From Callorhinchus milii (taxonomy: Eukaryota), in assembly GCF_018977255.1 (NCBI RefSeq), contig NW_024704742.1, positions 86,616,001 to 86,680,000 on the forward strand: DNA of 64,000 bases, in the 5' to 3' direction. Below the pieces are notes generated by a model. The model saw nothing but the letters and a program-made list of their open reading frames with translations, made no database searches and was not told the origin of the DNA. A program made the position numbers and the translations under genes. This document shows positions 37,807-51,449 of the stretch, one piece after another (position 1 is the stretch's first letter; each line of letters opens with the position of its first letter).

Positions 37807-38183
37807 GGAGTCCTGTTGCTCAGTGGTTAGAGCACTCGCCTCCCAAGCTAGAGGACTCGGATTTGATTCCCGGCAGGGCGAAACGTTGGACAAGTTTCCT
37901 ACTCCACACACCTGTTTTCCTAGCAGTAAGTAGGAACTCGGTTGTTAGTCAATTGGCTGATCGCTTTTCCGGGGGTAATGATTCCTTCAAAATAAATGAA
38001 AATAATTTGGTCACTTAATCCACGATTTGTGGGCCACTACAGTGTGCAATTGGCTGCCCCGTTTCACCCAAAAATATACAGTCAATTCACTTTACGGTAT
38101 ATTCTGTGAAGCGCTTTGAGACGTCTCGAAGATGTGATAAGGCACTATATCAAATGCAAGGATTTTTATTGTATTGTTATTAT
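37807..38183 (+). mobile_element. Full-length tRNA-derived SINE (long variant)
   Basis: GGAGTCCTGTTGCTCAGTGGTTAGAGCAC head; tail CACTATATCAAATGCAAGGATT. Confidence 0.88.
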
Positions 38184-38554
38184 ACTGGGATTCAGATAAT
38201 AACGCTTGATGCTTGTTTTAGCAGTGCATGATAATTGACACCTGCAGTCCGCTTTCTATCTTGCGATATCTTCTTGGTATTTTTCCTCCCCCACTCCAAC
38301 TGTAACTAATTTATTCCTTTCCAGAAAGTGCTCCCAGTTGCTTATGTTGTCTGTCAGCAACTGATGGCAGATTGATGTTTGCTCCTTAAAGACCAAAATT
38401 TTATTGATGTTAATTGTAAAATCCGAATCGAAACCGGTGGACTTACTGTCATCTCAACCCGTTGCAGGAAGAGCATCTATTTCGCTGAGAGTAGCTAGTT
38501 CGCTGAGAGAGGTTTTACCTCTCCTAATACTGAACTGGATCTGTGTCAGCCTTA

Positions 38555-39165
38555 GCTTAGTTACAGCACTGAATCAGAAGATTGTAGATTCGAGCCCCAG
38601 GTTGGGACATGGAACTCACAGTCTAGGCTTGACACTCCAGTGTAGTGCTGGGGGAGCGCTGCATTGTTGTGAAGCTGGTTGGAAACTTTAGAATATATGA
38701 TAATACTTTCTTGATTACAGGATAGCCGATTTAATCTAGATTTCAGTCTTCACTTGGTTTCATTAATTTGAAGTTGTGAAAATGCACTTGAGGATATCAT
38801 GAGTTTTCGAAAGTGCCTTAGACCATTGAAGGGATCCTACTGTGTGATTGGCCAATGCCCAACTTCATCAGATGAGATGTTAGTTAATTTGAGGTCCTGT
38901 CTGCCTGTTCAACTGGATGTTAAAGATCCGACAGCGGTAATAGAGGAGAGAAGGGAGCTTCTTCTGGTGCCATGGCGAATTAATCCCCCCAAATAAAACT
39001 GGTTATTCACTCCATGTTTGTTTGTTTGTTTGTGGGACATTGCTGTCTGCAATTGGGCTGTTATGAGAGCCTAAAAATAGTCACTCTAATTCACAGTAAA
39101 GCACTTATGGGATGTTCTCCCAACAGGAAAGACACTATACCAAATGCAAGGATTTCTATTTTATT
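38555..39165 (+). mobile_element. Deu-type SINE interrupted by a 202-bp local duplication
   Basis: Head 38555-38670; core resumes at GATGAGATGTTA (38871); tail CTATACCAAATGCAAGGATT. Confidence 0.7.
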
Positions 39166-40802
39166 ATTACTACAGTATTTGTTACTCCCGGTGTCCTGGG
39201 CAACAATTCCCCAAATAAAATTCGACATTCACTTCATGACTATTTGTGGGACATTGTTGTGTGGAATTGACTGCCTACAAAATAGGTCACTTCATTTTAT
39301 AGCAAATCTTGTGAAGCGCTTTGAAATGTACTCCTAATGTAAAGGACATGATATCAAATATCAGAACTATTAGGATTTTTATTTTTAGATGTGTTGTTCA
39401 GTTCTCTTACAATTTTCCCGACAGGTTTGATGTTTTTCCCTCATCCTTTTACTAAAACAGTACTTTTCTAATCAGGAATGTGATTCCTTGTAGAATGTGT
39501 ATTTAGTAAAAGGATGTGGCCCTGAAACAGGGAAGCATGATTAGCTGCCAATACGTAGCAAAGTACCATTTATTATAATAATGAAATTGAAGCACGTTGA
39601 GACTTTCTCCCGACATAAAATGCGCTGTATCAAATGCAAGGATTATGAAACGCAGCTGCAAAAATTGTTATAATCCTGTTGTAGCACAGTTGTTTGGGTC
39701 TAATGTCTCATGCCTGTGTTATAACAAATTGCAAAAATAGGCTGAGTTGTGGGTCAAGTCACCACCAACATCACATCCTACACAATGCACATGAATGCTC
39801 TGCATCGAAAGCCCTGCCGATGTCACTTCCTCACCAAATGACACAGGAATTTCCTGCACATAATGTATACACAGTGCACAGGAAGTCATATGGATGACAG
39901 CCTGATGACCTGGAAGATGGCCATTTTGAAGCGAGTTGGAAGCTAGTTAGGATGTGCGCTGAAGACAACAAGGCACCCGCCTTCTCAGAGGCACTTTACT
40001 AATGGGGTTGCTTTGTACTCATTCTTTCATTAGTTATATCACTTTAACTGGTCCAAACATTTCAAAGCACTTCATGGGTAATTGCTGTCGAGTGTGTTGA
40101 CTATGAATTTGACACCTGCTGAAGTCTAGGAAAGCACAGGGCAAAGAAATGAAATCACACAATTTGTAGCAAACCATTGACCATTGTGATGAATGTGCGA
40201 GGCCCAAGTAAAGGTGGATTGTGCGGTTCGAGAATTGGTGACTGGGATTTGACAGTTGACATGAGGACGTCCACTTTATAACCACTGGCAGGGAATAGTG
40301 CAGGTGAGAGGACCATTAATGGGGCTGGTCTCAGGTCATTGTTGATAATAATAATAACAGTAATAATCCTTGCATTTGATATAGTGCCTTATCATGAGAC
40401 CTCTCAAAGCGCTTCACAGAGTATACTGTAAAGTGAATTGACTGGGCATTGTAATGACACATTCTGAGAGTATTGTATCTTGCACATGAAAGGAAGTAGA
40501 TGGGTCTGAGGTTTACTGTGGACTGTGAGTGAGCTGGGACCCTGTACCAAATTAACTCTGTTGATGGGCCAGATAAGATTTGCATATGAATCGTTGGAGT
40601 GTATGTACCTTTACCCTATCAGTGGAGAGGACATTGAAATGGAATTTTAAAAAAAATGAAAATAGTGTAAAAGAATACAGGGAAAGTAGAGAATTAGAAT
40701 TAGAGTATATAAGTAAAAGTAAGACCCAATAAAGATTCAAGGGGTGACTAGCTGCCTTTGGTACTGTAATTCCTATGGCGCTAATAATTCCGAGATACTA
40801 CA

Positions 40803-41004
40803 GTGAAGCTGGTTGGAAACTTTAGAATATATGATAATACTTTCTTGATTACAGGATAGCCGATTTAATCTAGATTTCAGTCTTCACTTGGTTTCATTAA
40901 TTTGAAGTTGTGAAAATGCACTTGAGGATATCATGAGTTTTCGAAAGTGCCTTAGACCATTGAAGGGATCCTACTGTGTGATTGGCCAATGCCCAACTTC
41001 ATCA
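40803..41004 (+). repeat. Probable source copy of the 202-bp exact duplication at 38669-38870
   Basis: Identical base for base by manual comparison; offset 2134 bp. Confidence 0.9.
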
Positions 41005-43674
41005 AAACCAAAATTTGAAGATCTCATTGATGAGATTGACTGTTTAACCTAGTACAGCCAGTCAACCTCATTTTGGTTTGCTTACTGTCCGAATCAATCC
41101 TCAGTTGAAGTTCGTGGTATGGTGTGTGTACAGACCAAGAAAGAGAGTCATATCTGTGTAACCATGGGCAGAAAATTCATAAAATGGTTCTTTGGGTTTA
41201 CAACTGTTGACACTGTCCCCTCCGCATCCCATTAAAAAAAGAGTGGACTTGATTGTTCTGCCATTTGCAAGCCTATGACCAATCATTGCTATCATTGAGC
41301 ATTAACCACAGTTTACATGCATAATCATCTTGGCTCTGATCCATTCTGTGTCAAATTGATAACATTTCCCCCAGGATAGGTTGCTACTCAGGTATAACAA
41401 ACTACTTCTTAATTCGCAACTTCTTTGAAAGTTTATGCAAGTACAATCATATTTTCCCAAAGAACAGTGTGATTTGTATTATTATGGAGCTGGTGCAGAA
41501 GACCTAGAAGGGCCCTCATCTAAGTCAGCTCTGGAGGACACTGCTCTTGCAGATAGATGGACGAGATTTTGTTCCCTCTAAATCATTCCTTTTTGGGGGA
41601 AGGGAAAGGTTGAAATTTCTTTGCAGCATACAAAATAATTCCCATCAACAATCTTTAAAGGAATAATTGTCACAAAAATGTTTGATTTTAAACTCCCACT
41701 ATTTTAACTGAAACGCATTTTATAGAAATAATCTCCAGTGCATTGGGGGAGAAATTGGGTGTTTGTTGAGGGTTTTTAATAGTTAAAAAGTCACCTTTTA
41801 TTCATGATGTTCATAGTGATATTGAATTTGATTCAAATAGGGATTGCTTGCTTTTAATTCAGGAAATTTTAGAATCTATTGCAATATATGCTCATAATAG
41901 CTGTAAACCTGTTGAGATTGGCTGATCTCCAGAGAGAGATTTTTGAAAACCTTTGAAGGACTGTCTTTTATTATTTTGATTTGAAGAGATTGAATGCTCT
42001 TATCAGAAATGCTCATGAAAAAGAGATGGATTTGCAATGACTCCTGCTATTAAATTGAGATAATTAGTACATACATGTTTATATTCTCATCCATTATCTC
42101 CCCCACTTCCCCTCTTCATAAAAGGCATTTGACTCCTTTTACCTCCTATGTGGTTTGCTGGGTGACATCCAGTACCTCGCTCAAGTAGCCATTATTCATG
42201 TACGAATCTTGATAGCTATTGATAGCGGGGGTCACAGCACAGTGATCTTGTCCTTATAAAACATTCAAACACTAGTACCCTCAGAAGGGGTCTTTTGATT
42301 GGGAACCCTTGTTACATTTTCCTTCCATAACCTAGGGGTACTGAGGTGAATTACAGCACCCACTACGGCCAGCCAGGTGAAGATCAGCTGACTCTAACTC
42401 ACAGACCTGATCAAATCTGAGACCTTCCCAGGTAAGGCTTAGTTGCTCACTGAGCCCTTAGTGCCACAGAAAGAATTTGCCATTAATATTTTTGAGCATC
42501 ACAGTACAGTACTGGCAGGTTACGCTCTCAGTAGTGGCGAAAGAATTAACAGAGGAAGGACTGTTCGCTTCCAAACCTTTAATCGTTATAGACAGGTTTA
42601 GATTGCAATTCTGATGCAGTCAGTGAACTATTCCTTAATTAAAGAATGGCATTAATTAAGAAATTGAATGCTTTTAGGAATAGCATTTTTTTCTCCCATT
42701 GTGACAAAAATGGGTTAAGATTTCCCAATGTCTTCGAGAATGCAGAATGCATGAAATAATTATTTTCTAAATTTATTGAAAATATTTAACAGGATGTCCT
42801 TCATTTGGGGTGGGGGTGAGGCATGGTGGGTTCTGCTTGAGTTGTTTGAGATATTAGTGCCTATTCTAATTATAGTACTACAATGTCAAAAATATTCAGC
42901 ATTCTGTAGTGTTAAAATTAAATAGGTGTTACTCAGAGCATTAACAAAGTGCTCCCTAAACGCTGGGCACCACATGGAAATATTCAGATGAGAGCAATCC
43001 TTTTTTAAAAAAAATGAAACATAGTACTGAACCCAAATTTAGTTTAAGTGTAGCTGAAACCTAGAGATTTGATTTATTTATTTTGGGAGGAGAGGTGGGT
43101 CAGATCATGTCAATCTCAGAAACTGCAAATGGGAACAGTGGTCTGAATCTACATTTCCACTTTCCCATCATAATAAACCTTTGAGAATAAAATACATAGT
43201 AAGAAAATAATAGCTTGAATAATAAATTTCAAAAGGCAATTGGATATATACTTGAAAAGAAACAATGTGCAAGGCTATGGGGAATGAGCGGGCGATTGGG
43301 ACTAAATTGGATAGCTCTTTCAAAGAGCTGGTAGAAAATACCCCAGGAAAAAAGTTCAAGATTACAATTGTACGTGAAGAGAACTTCATAAAAGTAATTT
43401 TCACCTCTCCACATTCCAACCCCCTCCACTCTCAATGCTTAAACGATTGTGCAGAGCTATAAAGTTCTTGAATATTTGTAACTTGCATATGTGAGGACAA
43501 ACTGGGAGGGAAAGGAGCTGAAGTTATACGGATGTTTTTTTGCTACATATCCTGCACCCTCTGAAGAGCTTTTGAGTAGGACAAGCTGCTGCAGTTTGTG
43601 ATTCCTCCTCTGCTATGCGTCTGTCAGTTCTTCTCTAACCATTCTCCTATCTCTGTTTGTTCCATGCCGAGCAG

Positions 43675-43707
43675 ATGGCCCAGAAATTGGCCAAAAACAG
43701 GAAGAAG
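43675..43707 (+). CDS. APBA1: APBA1 coding exon 5, 33-nt microexon (MAQKLAKNRKK), basic insert in the PTB domain
   Basis: ctaac branch point, pyrimidine tract, gcag acceptor, donor AAG|gtgcag. Matches recalled MAQKLAKSRKK; phase 0/0. Confidence 0.93.
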
Positions 43708-45422
43708 GTGCAGTACCTCATCAGCTTGATGTCGTTGCATTTTGTTTTTGATTTCTTTCGAAACGTTCTAACTTTTTTTTGGTTGTCTTGGTTTACTTTT
43801 CTGCATCCAGTAAATCGCACAGAGTTCAGACAGGAGGCAGTCCCTATGGCCACATTGATTACCCTCCTGCTTTGATGAAGGAGCCTCTCATCCCAGGATT
43901 ATCACCCAGCATTAGCCATCTCACGATTCATTTTGGAGTCCCATCCGCCGTTGCTCACGGCCTCTCAGTTTTCATTTTTTTTATTTGAGCAATTCAGAAC
44001 TGAACCAACAACAACAAATTCCACTTATAGAGCGCCTTTCATGTCGGGAGGATGTCCCAAGGCGCTAGACCATGAAGGGTTTGCACCTGAACTGGGGGTT
44101 GGAGTTAAAAGGGGTGGAGGGCAAGGGAGACCTTAGAGAGCTTTAAAACCAGAACAATGATGATTCTTGCTTCCAGATCATATGGAAGGGAGCTGAGAAC
44201 TAACAATCACCTCTTTTCTTGGAGTCGTCAGATTTCAATTAATTTGGATGAGACAAACCAGCGAGCCAGGAAATGCTGCTGACTGCTGATTAGAATCGTG
44301 TCTCCGTTACCCAGCGCAACATTTGGACTAGTTATATTGCTGCCAAAACACTCGGTTGTTCTGCTCTTTATTGATATCTACACGGAAATCCTTTTGCTTT
44401 CCTTCTTTTCTCTCAACTTACAAAAACCACTTCTGCTCCTTTCCACTATCTGCAGATTGCTGGATGCAGAAAGTATACTTTATTGGTGTTTTAAGATGTA
44501 AAAGTTTATGTTTCACAGCGTTAAGTTGAAGTGCACTGTGGCTGTGTGGAATTATTGGTTTATATGCATTTCTAATCCTTCTAAGCAAAATAAGCTTTGG
44601 TTTTGTTTTATTTTTGCCAGCCGGGATCGGAAGAGGACGGTTTTTGCTCCTGGCGCTTTTTCTATCCTATTAACCTGATGGCAACTTTGCCTGATTCTAA
44701 CATTGTGATCCTGTTTTCTATTTTTTCCTGATGAATGTCTCCCAACTTGTGGCCGTCATGCCAACCCAAATCAGAGGCTCAAAAAAGACTATGCACTTTC
44801 CATTAGATCTGTTTGGTAAACAGTGCAAATGTAGCACTCTGAAGGGTGGGGGGAGGAAACACCCTCCTTAGTTTTAAAGGTTTTGTGCTTTGAAGTATTT
44901 CATTTTCTTCAAAAATCTGTAGCCCTCCCCTGCCCCCCTCCTTTCTTCAGGTACCAAAAGCCATGAATTATTTCTAACTGAAGGGTGTGGCCTGGCAGTG
45001 GAATATTGGATTTGAGCCGGTCCTCTGTGACGGCCTTGGTAGTTTCTGAGCCAGGCGAGTCTGCAGTACTCCAAGATGCTGTTGCTGGCATGTAACAGAA
45101 TACATTGTGTCCTGTGACAATTTCCACATGAAAAAAACACCTTACTATGGATTAGTGGATCAGTGTGGCGATCAGATTAAACTCCTTGTACGTGTAAGAG
45201 CTTGGTGGATTGATGCCTTTCTCCCAATTAAGAAAGGGAGGCCAATGCTCTGTTTTTGGTTGGTATTTCGAAAGCTTTATAATCCGTGAAAAGTGAAGGA
45301 TGATGTTCAGTGATCTTGTCGATGGTGTGCTGGTGATATTTAGTATTGAATGTATTACTGCTAGCAGATGTGGTTTTGTTTAAAAGGTGATATCACAGCC
45401 CTGTTACTGCTTCCTGTTCTAG

Positions 45423-45509
45423 GCACCTGAAGGAGAGGCGCAGCCCATGACTGAGGTGGACCTCTTCATTTCTACTCAGAGAATTAAAGTGCTCAACGCT
45501 GACTCCCAG
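45423..45509 (+). CDS. APBA1: APBA1 coding exon 6 ([29 protein letters not shown])
   Basis: ttctag acceptor, 87 nt, donor CAG|gtaaat. PTB sequence. Confidence 0.97.
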
Positions 45510-46983
45510 GTAAATGTGAAAGCTGAAAGTCTATAACCAGTTCCTATGCTCCACCACCTGAAAAATTACAAGTACAAAATATTTCTGTCACATTTGGGTG
45601 ATTGTAACGTCCGCTGTAATTATCTGTGAGGGTCTGGTTTTGTTAGTTATTTTGTTACTTATCGCTTTTTGGAGTCTCAGAACTGTGAAGATCAGGCTAG
45701 TGACTGGCTTGTAGGCTTCTGCCAAATTTCCTCTGTAGGCGACCAGAGCAGGAGAAGAATGTTAGTGCTCCAATTTGACTGGCTGATTAGCTCTCCCTGT
45801 CTGTCTCCCTCTCTCCCTTCCTCCAACTACACAATAAAAATACAATGCCTTTCTTTCCCTCCCTTCACTATCCTTTCCCATTTTGTCTCTTCTTTCCACT
45901 CTTTCTGTCCAGCTTAATATTATGTTTTCTTGCTTTCCATTTTCTCTCTTCCTTCCATGTTTTCTATCCAATCTAACATTATGTGTTCTAACCATCCACC
46001 CTCGCTCCCTCCCCTTTTATATTTTTATGTTAAAAAAGTTTTTCTTCTAACTGCACCACCTACTTTGGGGGTGGCAACTTCCAAACTATTTTGTTTGTAT
46101 TGGTTGCCAAGGGTGGTATTTAAAAGCCCATTGGAAGCTCAGGTCAACCTTTTGGTGCTTTGAAAAGGGTGTCAGGAGGAGAGACTGCTGATTGATCAGG
46201 AAACTCATCAGTGTTCCACTCCCTACCCCAGAGCCTGGATGGACAAACTTATCTAGGGCTCAACAAAGATTAATGGTAGGCTAGAGCTCAGTGGATAGGA
46301 GTACTGTGGACATAACTCCCAAGTTGCTTGACACAATGCCTGGTTTATAGTGTGCTGCAATGCCAGCCTTGTATTGTGTTGGGCTTGAAATCTCCTGGTT
46401 TAAATTGTGCTGTTTCATTTCAAATGTTCTAAACCTTGAGAGGAGAATTGGAAACAGATATTCAGCACATTGTAAGTGATGCTTTAAAGGGCTCTCACAG
46501 AGGAACCTAATCAATAGAGAAAGTGAACATGGAGCAATCATTTCTGACCTGCCAGGGTAAGGTCCAGGGTCGTGAGGGCAACTTTGGAACAACAACAACA
46601 ACTTGGATTTATATAGCGCCCTCTACGCTGGACGGCGTCTCAGAGCGCTTCACAGTAACGGATCCCGGGGCTGAGCCAGCGGGAGGGGGAAGAAGGTGAC
46701 CAAAGATGTGGTCGAAAAGAAAGGTCTTCAGCCGAGACCTGAAGAGAGGGGACGAGGCGAAGGGAGTGAGGAAGGGAGTTCCAGAGCCAACAGATACCAG
46801 GACATACTTGTTTACGCAGTGGATCCTTGCAGCCAAGTAGGGTGGTGAAGGCCAGGAGAATAATTTAAGAAACAGTTTGATGCTGTAATGGGAGGATGGT
46901 GGAGTTGGTCTAAGAGGATGAGATCAAACTCCCCAATGGATGGTATTCACCACAAGCTACCTTATGAAACCTTATGAAAGTGA

Positions 46984-47269
46984 AGTTTCTTTACTCCACA
47001 TGTCTCTATTTTCCTGGCATTAAGTGGATCCCAATTGATAGTTGATTGGTGGATTGCTTTCTGGGAGTGATAATCCCTCCAAAATAATAATAATGTGGTC
47101 ACTCAATCCACGACTGTTTGTGGGCACTGCTGTGTGTCAATTCACTGCTGTGTTTCCCCCTCAAAATACACAGTCATTAATTACTCTTTAGAGTATATTC
47201 TGCAAAGTGCTTTGACACATCTCGAAGACATGATAAGGCACTATTTCAAATATAAGGATTATTATTATT
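46984..47269 (+). mobile_element. 5'-truncated tRNA-SINE
   Basis: Body and tail match the family; head absent. Confidence 0.7.
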
Positions 47270-49457
47270 GTGATATCTGCTGGCTAACTATGGTTTGCCA
47301 CTGGCATTCAGAGAATCCCTTTGGGTTGGCTCCCTTTGGAGCATTTTTAATGCAAAAAAACAAATTGGACAAAGGAGAGAGGATAAAAAAGAGGACGTTT
47401 ATATCAACAGCTCGAGCTTTTCGAATCTTAACTTTGGAGCAAGCTGAAAGTACTGATGAATATGATATTTGTGAGCTTCTCCAGTAAGTACTGTAGCATG
47501 TAAACATAATGAATTCATAAAAAGATTTAGGCAGCAGCTGAGGTGGATGATTAGTGCAGCAGTCCAATGTATATTTTTGTTCCTACGTAGCTAAGACAGC
47601 CCCTGGGAGGTATTATTTTCCGACAGTGGACATTTTCCAACACTTCTGATTTTTAAAGGTGCAAAATCTTCAGGGACTGTGATCAAATTGGGCCGTCATC
47701 TATCCCGCCAGTATCAGGAGCCAGCTTTGTCAGTAAGGGGTAAATCTGAAGATGTCACACAGTGAAGCGTTCAGTGGAAGCTCAATGTCTGTTTAATGTC
47801 TACTGCTGTTCAGTGTAATGTCGCAGCTTTGATATAGTTGCAGATGCAGATGCTTGTCCTTTTTGTTTACACTCAACACTGCAAAACCTATAAAAAGAAA
47901 CCCTCAGAGACTCAGATTGAAACTGTACTTCAAAATAGGTTAAATGGCAAGCAGATTTCATATTTGTTTCTTGTCCTTTGTTTTTGTGGGGGGTTTTTGC
48001 CACCAAAGTTTGAGTGGCGCAGTTAACATTGCACAATCGAGAACATGTGATTTGTTTCCATCAATGAAATAGGTTGTTTTGCGGTGCCATTATTTGGACA
48101 GAACATTGTCAAATTTCCCGCCACTTAAAATTTAGTGTTCCACTTGTAAAAAAAAAAAGTGTGGAACAGTGATTCGTTAAAGAGCTAGTAAAGTGGCCTT
48201 CCCAGGATGGCCATTAGTGAGCAGGTCTTACGTGGTATGAAGGTGTGTAGGGACGAGCTGTTGGTAGCAAGCATAACCATTTTTTATTGAGTCTTTGTCT
48301 TCTTTTTGTCTCCCTCATTTTCTTTCCTGTCCATATCCCTATATCCCCCTCCAACCATATCCCTATATTGTATCCCTGTGTGCGTGAGACTCAGGTTTTG
48401 TTTGCATCAGTGTCTGTCTCTCTTGTCAGTATTTGTCTGGGAGTCTTTCCCTCTGTGTCTTTTCAGCAATGCCTGTCACACTCGCTTGTTCTTTCCCCAT
48501 CTGAAGAACAGCAACTTGGATTTATATAGTTTTTTTGACAGAGTATAATGTGTCCAAGTGCTTTATACAAATAATGTCGGACATGGAGTAGGGAGAGTGG
48601 AAGATTGCTCACTCATCGCCTCTCACACTCGCTGATTCACTTTCATTCTTCTCTCATACACTCACTGTTTCATCTTTTATCTCTCATTCATACACATTCA
48701 CATTCTCGCTCCCTGCCTTGCCCCCTCTCCTTTCTTTCAAACCTTCCCTCTCTTCTCCCTCACTCCAGAAATGTTATTTTTATATGTTTATTGTTGAATG
48801 TAATGTTTATTGGGTTGAAATGTTTTTCTGTTTGAATTCAGATTGGGAATGTGAAAACAAATGTCTTCAGAGTGTGAGTTTGTGAATGTATTTTTTAGAC
48901 TGATGTAGACAAATACTGAATTTTTAAAAAAAAGCATTACAGTGCTTTAAAAGCTGTGAGTTGGACACTGTAAAACTCTCCTCTTTGTGGAAATGACAGT
49001 TTCAATTCAATTTCTAAATTCTGTCAATGAGTGGAAATCTGGAATGGCTCCTTTTTGCAACTTAGCCAAAGCATGGGATTGTCCGGGAGGGATTTTTGAT
49101 TGACAGGAGTTCTTTGGGGGGTTCTGTTGAATTGCCAGAATAGACATTTTTCTAATGGACCTAGGTCCATACAAAACAGGCTACAGTTGCATAATTTATA
49201 AGTTTTGACCCAACTTTTTGTCCACAGAAGAGAGAATAATCCAACAGGTTGTGTGGCCTTTAACAAAATTAATAATGAGAAATAACAACTAACAGTTGTA
49301 GGTGAACCGTTACCCAGTACTGAAGCGCAGAGACATCCCCAATCACACTGTCAGCTTCAGGCTTTTATTAATCTATCCATCATTAACTAGAAAGACATTC
49401 TAGTTAAAATGGTGATTAGGAGGGCATACAGCTGAGAGGCTGCATATGTTAATATAC

Positions 49458-49815
49458 AATAATAATCCTAGTATTTGATATAGTGCCTTATCACATCTTT
49501 GAGACGTCTCAAAGTGCTTCACAGGATATACTGTGAAGCGAATTGACTGTATATTTTGTGGGTGAAACACGGTAGCCAATTGTCCATAGGAGTGTCCCAC
49601 AAACATTCATTGATTGAGTGACCAATTTATTTTTAAAAAGAAATTAATACCTCTGGAAAAGCGATCCACCAATCGACTGACAACCAGGTTCATACTTACT
49701 TACAGAGGCTTGTGGAGTAAGGAAACTTGTCCAACGTTTCGGCCTTCCCAGGAATCCAACCCAGGTCCTTTTGCTTGTGAGGCGAGTGCTCTAATCACTA
49801 CGTTACATGATTCCA
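49458..49815 (-). mobile_element. Full-length tRNA-derived SINE (long variant)
   Basis: Matches 352-701 along its length. Confidence 0.85.
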
Positions 49816-51449
49816 CAATGTTAAAGCAAATCGCTCTGTGCTACCATCCCAGGCCCTAGCTGCCATTGTTCTGCAGTAAATCTGTAGTAACATTAATTTA
49901 CTCCTCTTTGTTTGCTCTTCAAAAACTTGCATTTATACAGCACCCTTCACATAGGCTAATGTTTTCAGTAAAATCAGAGTCATAAATCGTTGCAGCGCAA
50001 AAACAGGCCACTTGACACAATGGTGTTTTTTCTCCATGTGAGACGCCCACCTTCTTACTCCACTCCTCGTAATTCATAATACTTCTCTTTTTCAAGGATC
50101 CATGAAATTCTCATTTAAAATAATATGTGCACTTTGTTTCAACCATGGTTTGTGGCAGAGAATCCAACATTCCTACCACTCTCTAATCTCTCCTTTAATT
50201 TTTTCTGATTATCTTCACTTGTGGCCTCTCATTATTGACTCAATGACCAGTGAAAGTAATCTTATTACTATAGAAATCATAGAATCGCTATTTACCCTGT
50301 CATACCCTGACATATTCTTGAAGTGGCTCCTAACCGAGATTCCTGGGTATGAATAAAATGTTCCGTTAATAAACTTAGCCTCAGACTCGAGACAGTTTCA
50401 GTAAATTAAAACCATAAATGAAGTCTCTGCTATTAAGTATGCAGAAACATGAGTTGATTTTGAGCTGACAGGATGACAGTGCAGTCAATGCCAGCACCAA
50501 ATCTGTGTGAGGGAGAGGTCAGATCCCACCCTCCCCTAAGCTGTTCTGGAAAACTAAAACGAACGCTTCACTCACTTTCTTGTGCTAAAAGCTGAGCCCT
50601 CAGCCCTTAGATTGTGCTGTGTGATAGTTATTTGACAGGAAGCAACCCAACAAATCAAGCTGCTTAGCGCTGAGCTGCAGGCAGAGATGTCTAACAACAG
50701 TTGTGACAACTAATCGCCTCATCCTTTAGACAGAATGGCTTCAGATCAGTGCGAGCTATGATTTATGCACTGTGGCATTTTGTTATTGGCTGGTGGTGCG
50801 GCTTAATTTCAGTTTCCTGCTTTTGTTAGTTTCTGGCTCCTGCTTCTGATGATATAGGAAGTGGTTGGGACTAAAGGAAGATCTTAAGTGAGGGTTCGAA
50901 CGAAGAAGCCCCTTCGGCTCAAAGATGTAGGTGTGTGTGTGTTTGTTTTTGGGAAGGACTTGAAGGTTGTATATGGGACCAACAAGCATAGTTAAAGAAC
51001 GGTAAAGTAAACTCACTGCCATGTCATTACCAACCCCCCACCTCCACCGACCACCACCACCATCATCACATAGTGTGAAATGTCTGAAATGGTTACTCAT
51101 CAATGCAGCATGATCTCAGCCACTATGTTGTTTAAAAAAAAACTATCAGACATTGCTGATGCTTTGGTAAGTTCATAATTGTGTGTGTGCTTATATATAT
51201 ATGTAGTTTGTATGTATGCATAAGTGATGTTTTTTGCTGTGTGAAAGGGATTGCATTTCAATTTGGTAAGGTGGCTAATCTTAAAAACATTATTGGACAA
51301 TTTACATCAATTTATTTTGGGCTGTGTAAGTCGAGTTGTAGTTAGTATTCCTGTAAGAAATATCGAGGTAGTAAAAGATGAGAGTGATGATCAGTTCTGA
51401 CTCCTTAAGGTTTTACTGCTGAGTTTATACTTTTCTTTATTTTATCCAG

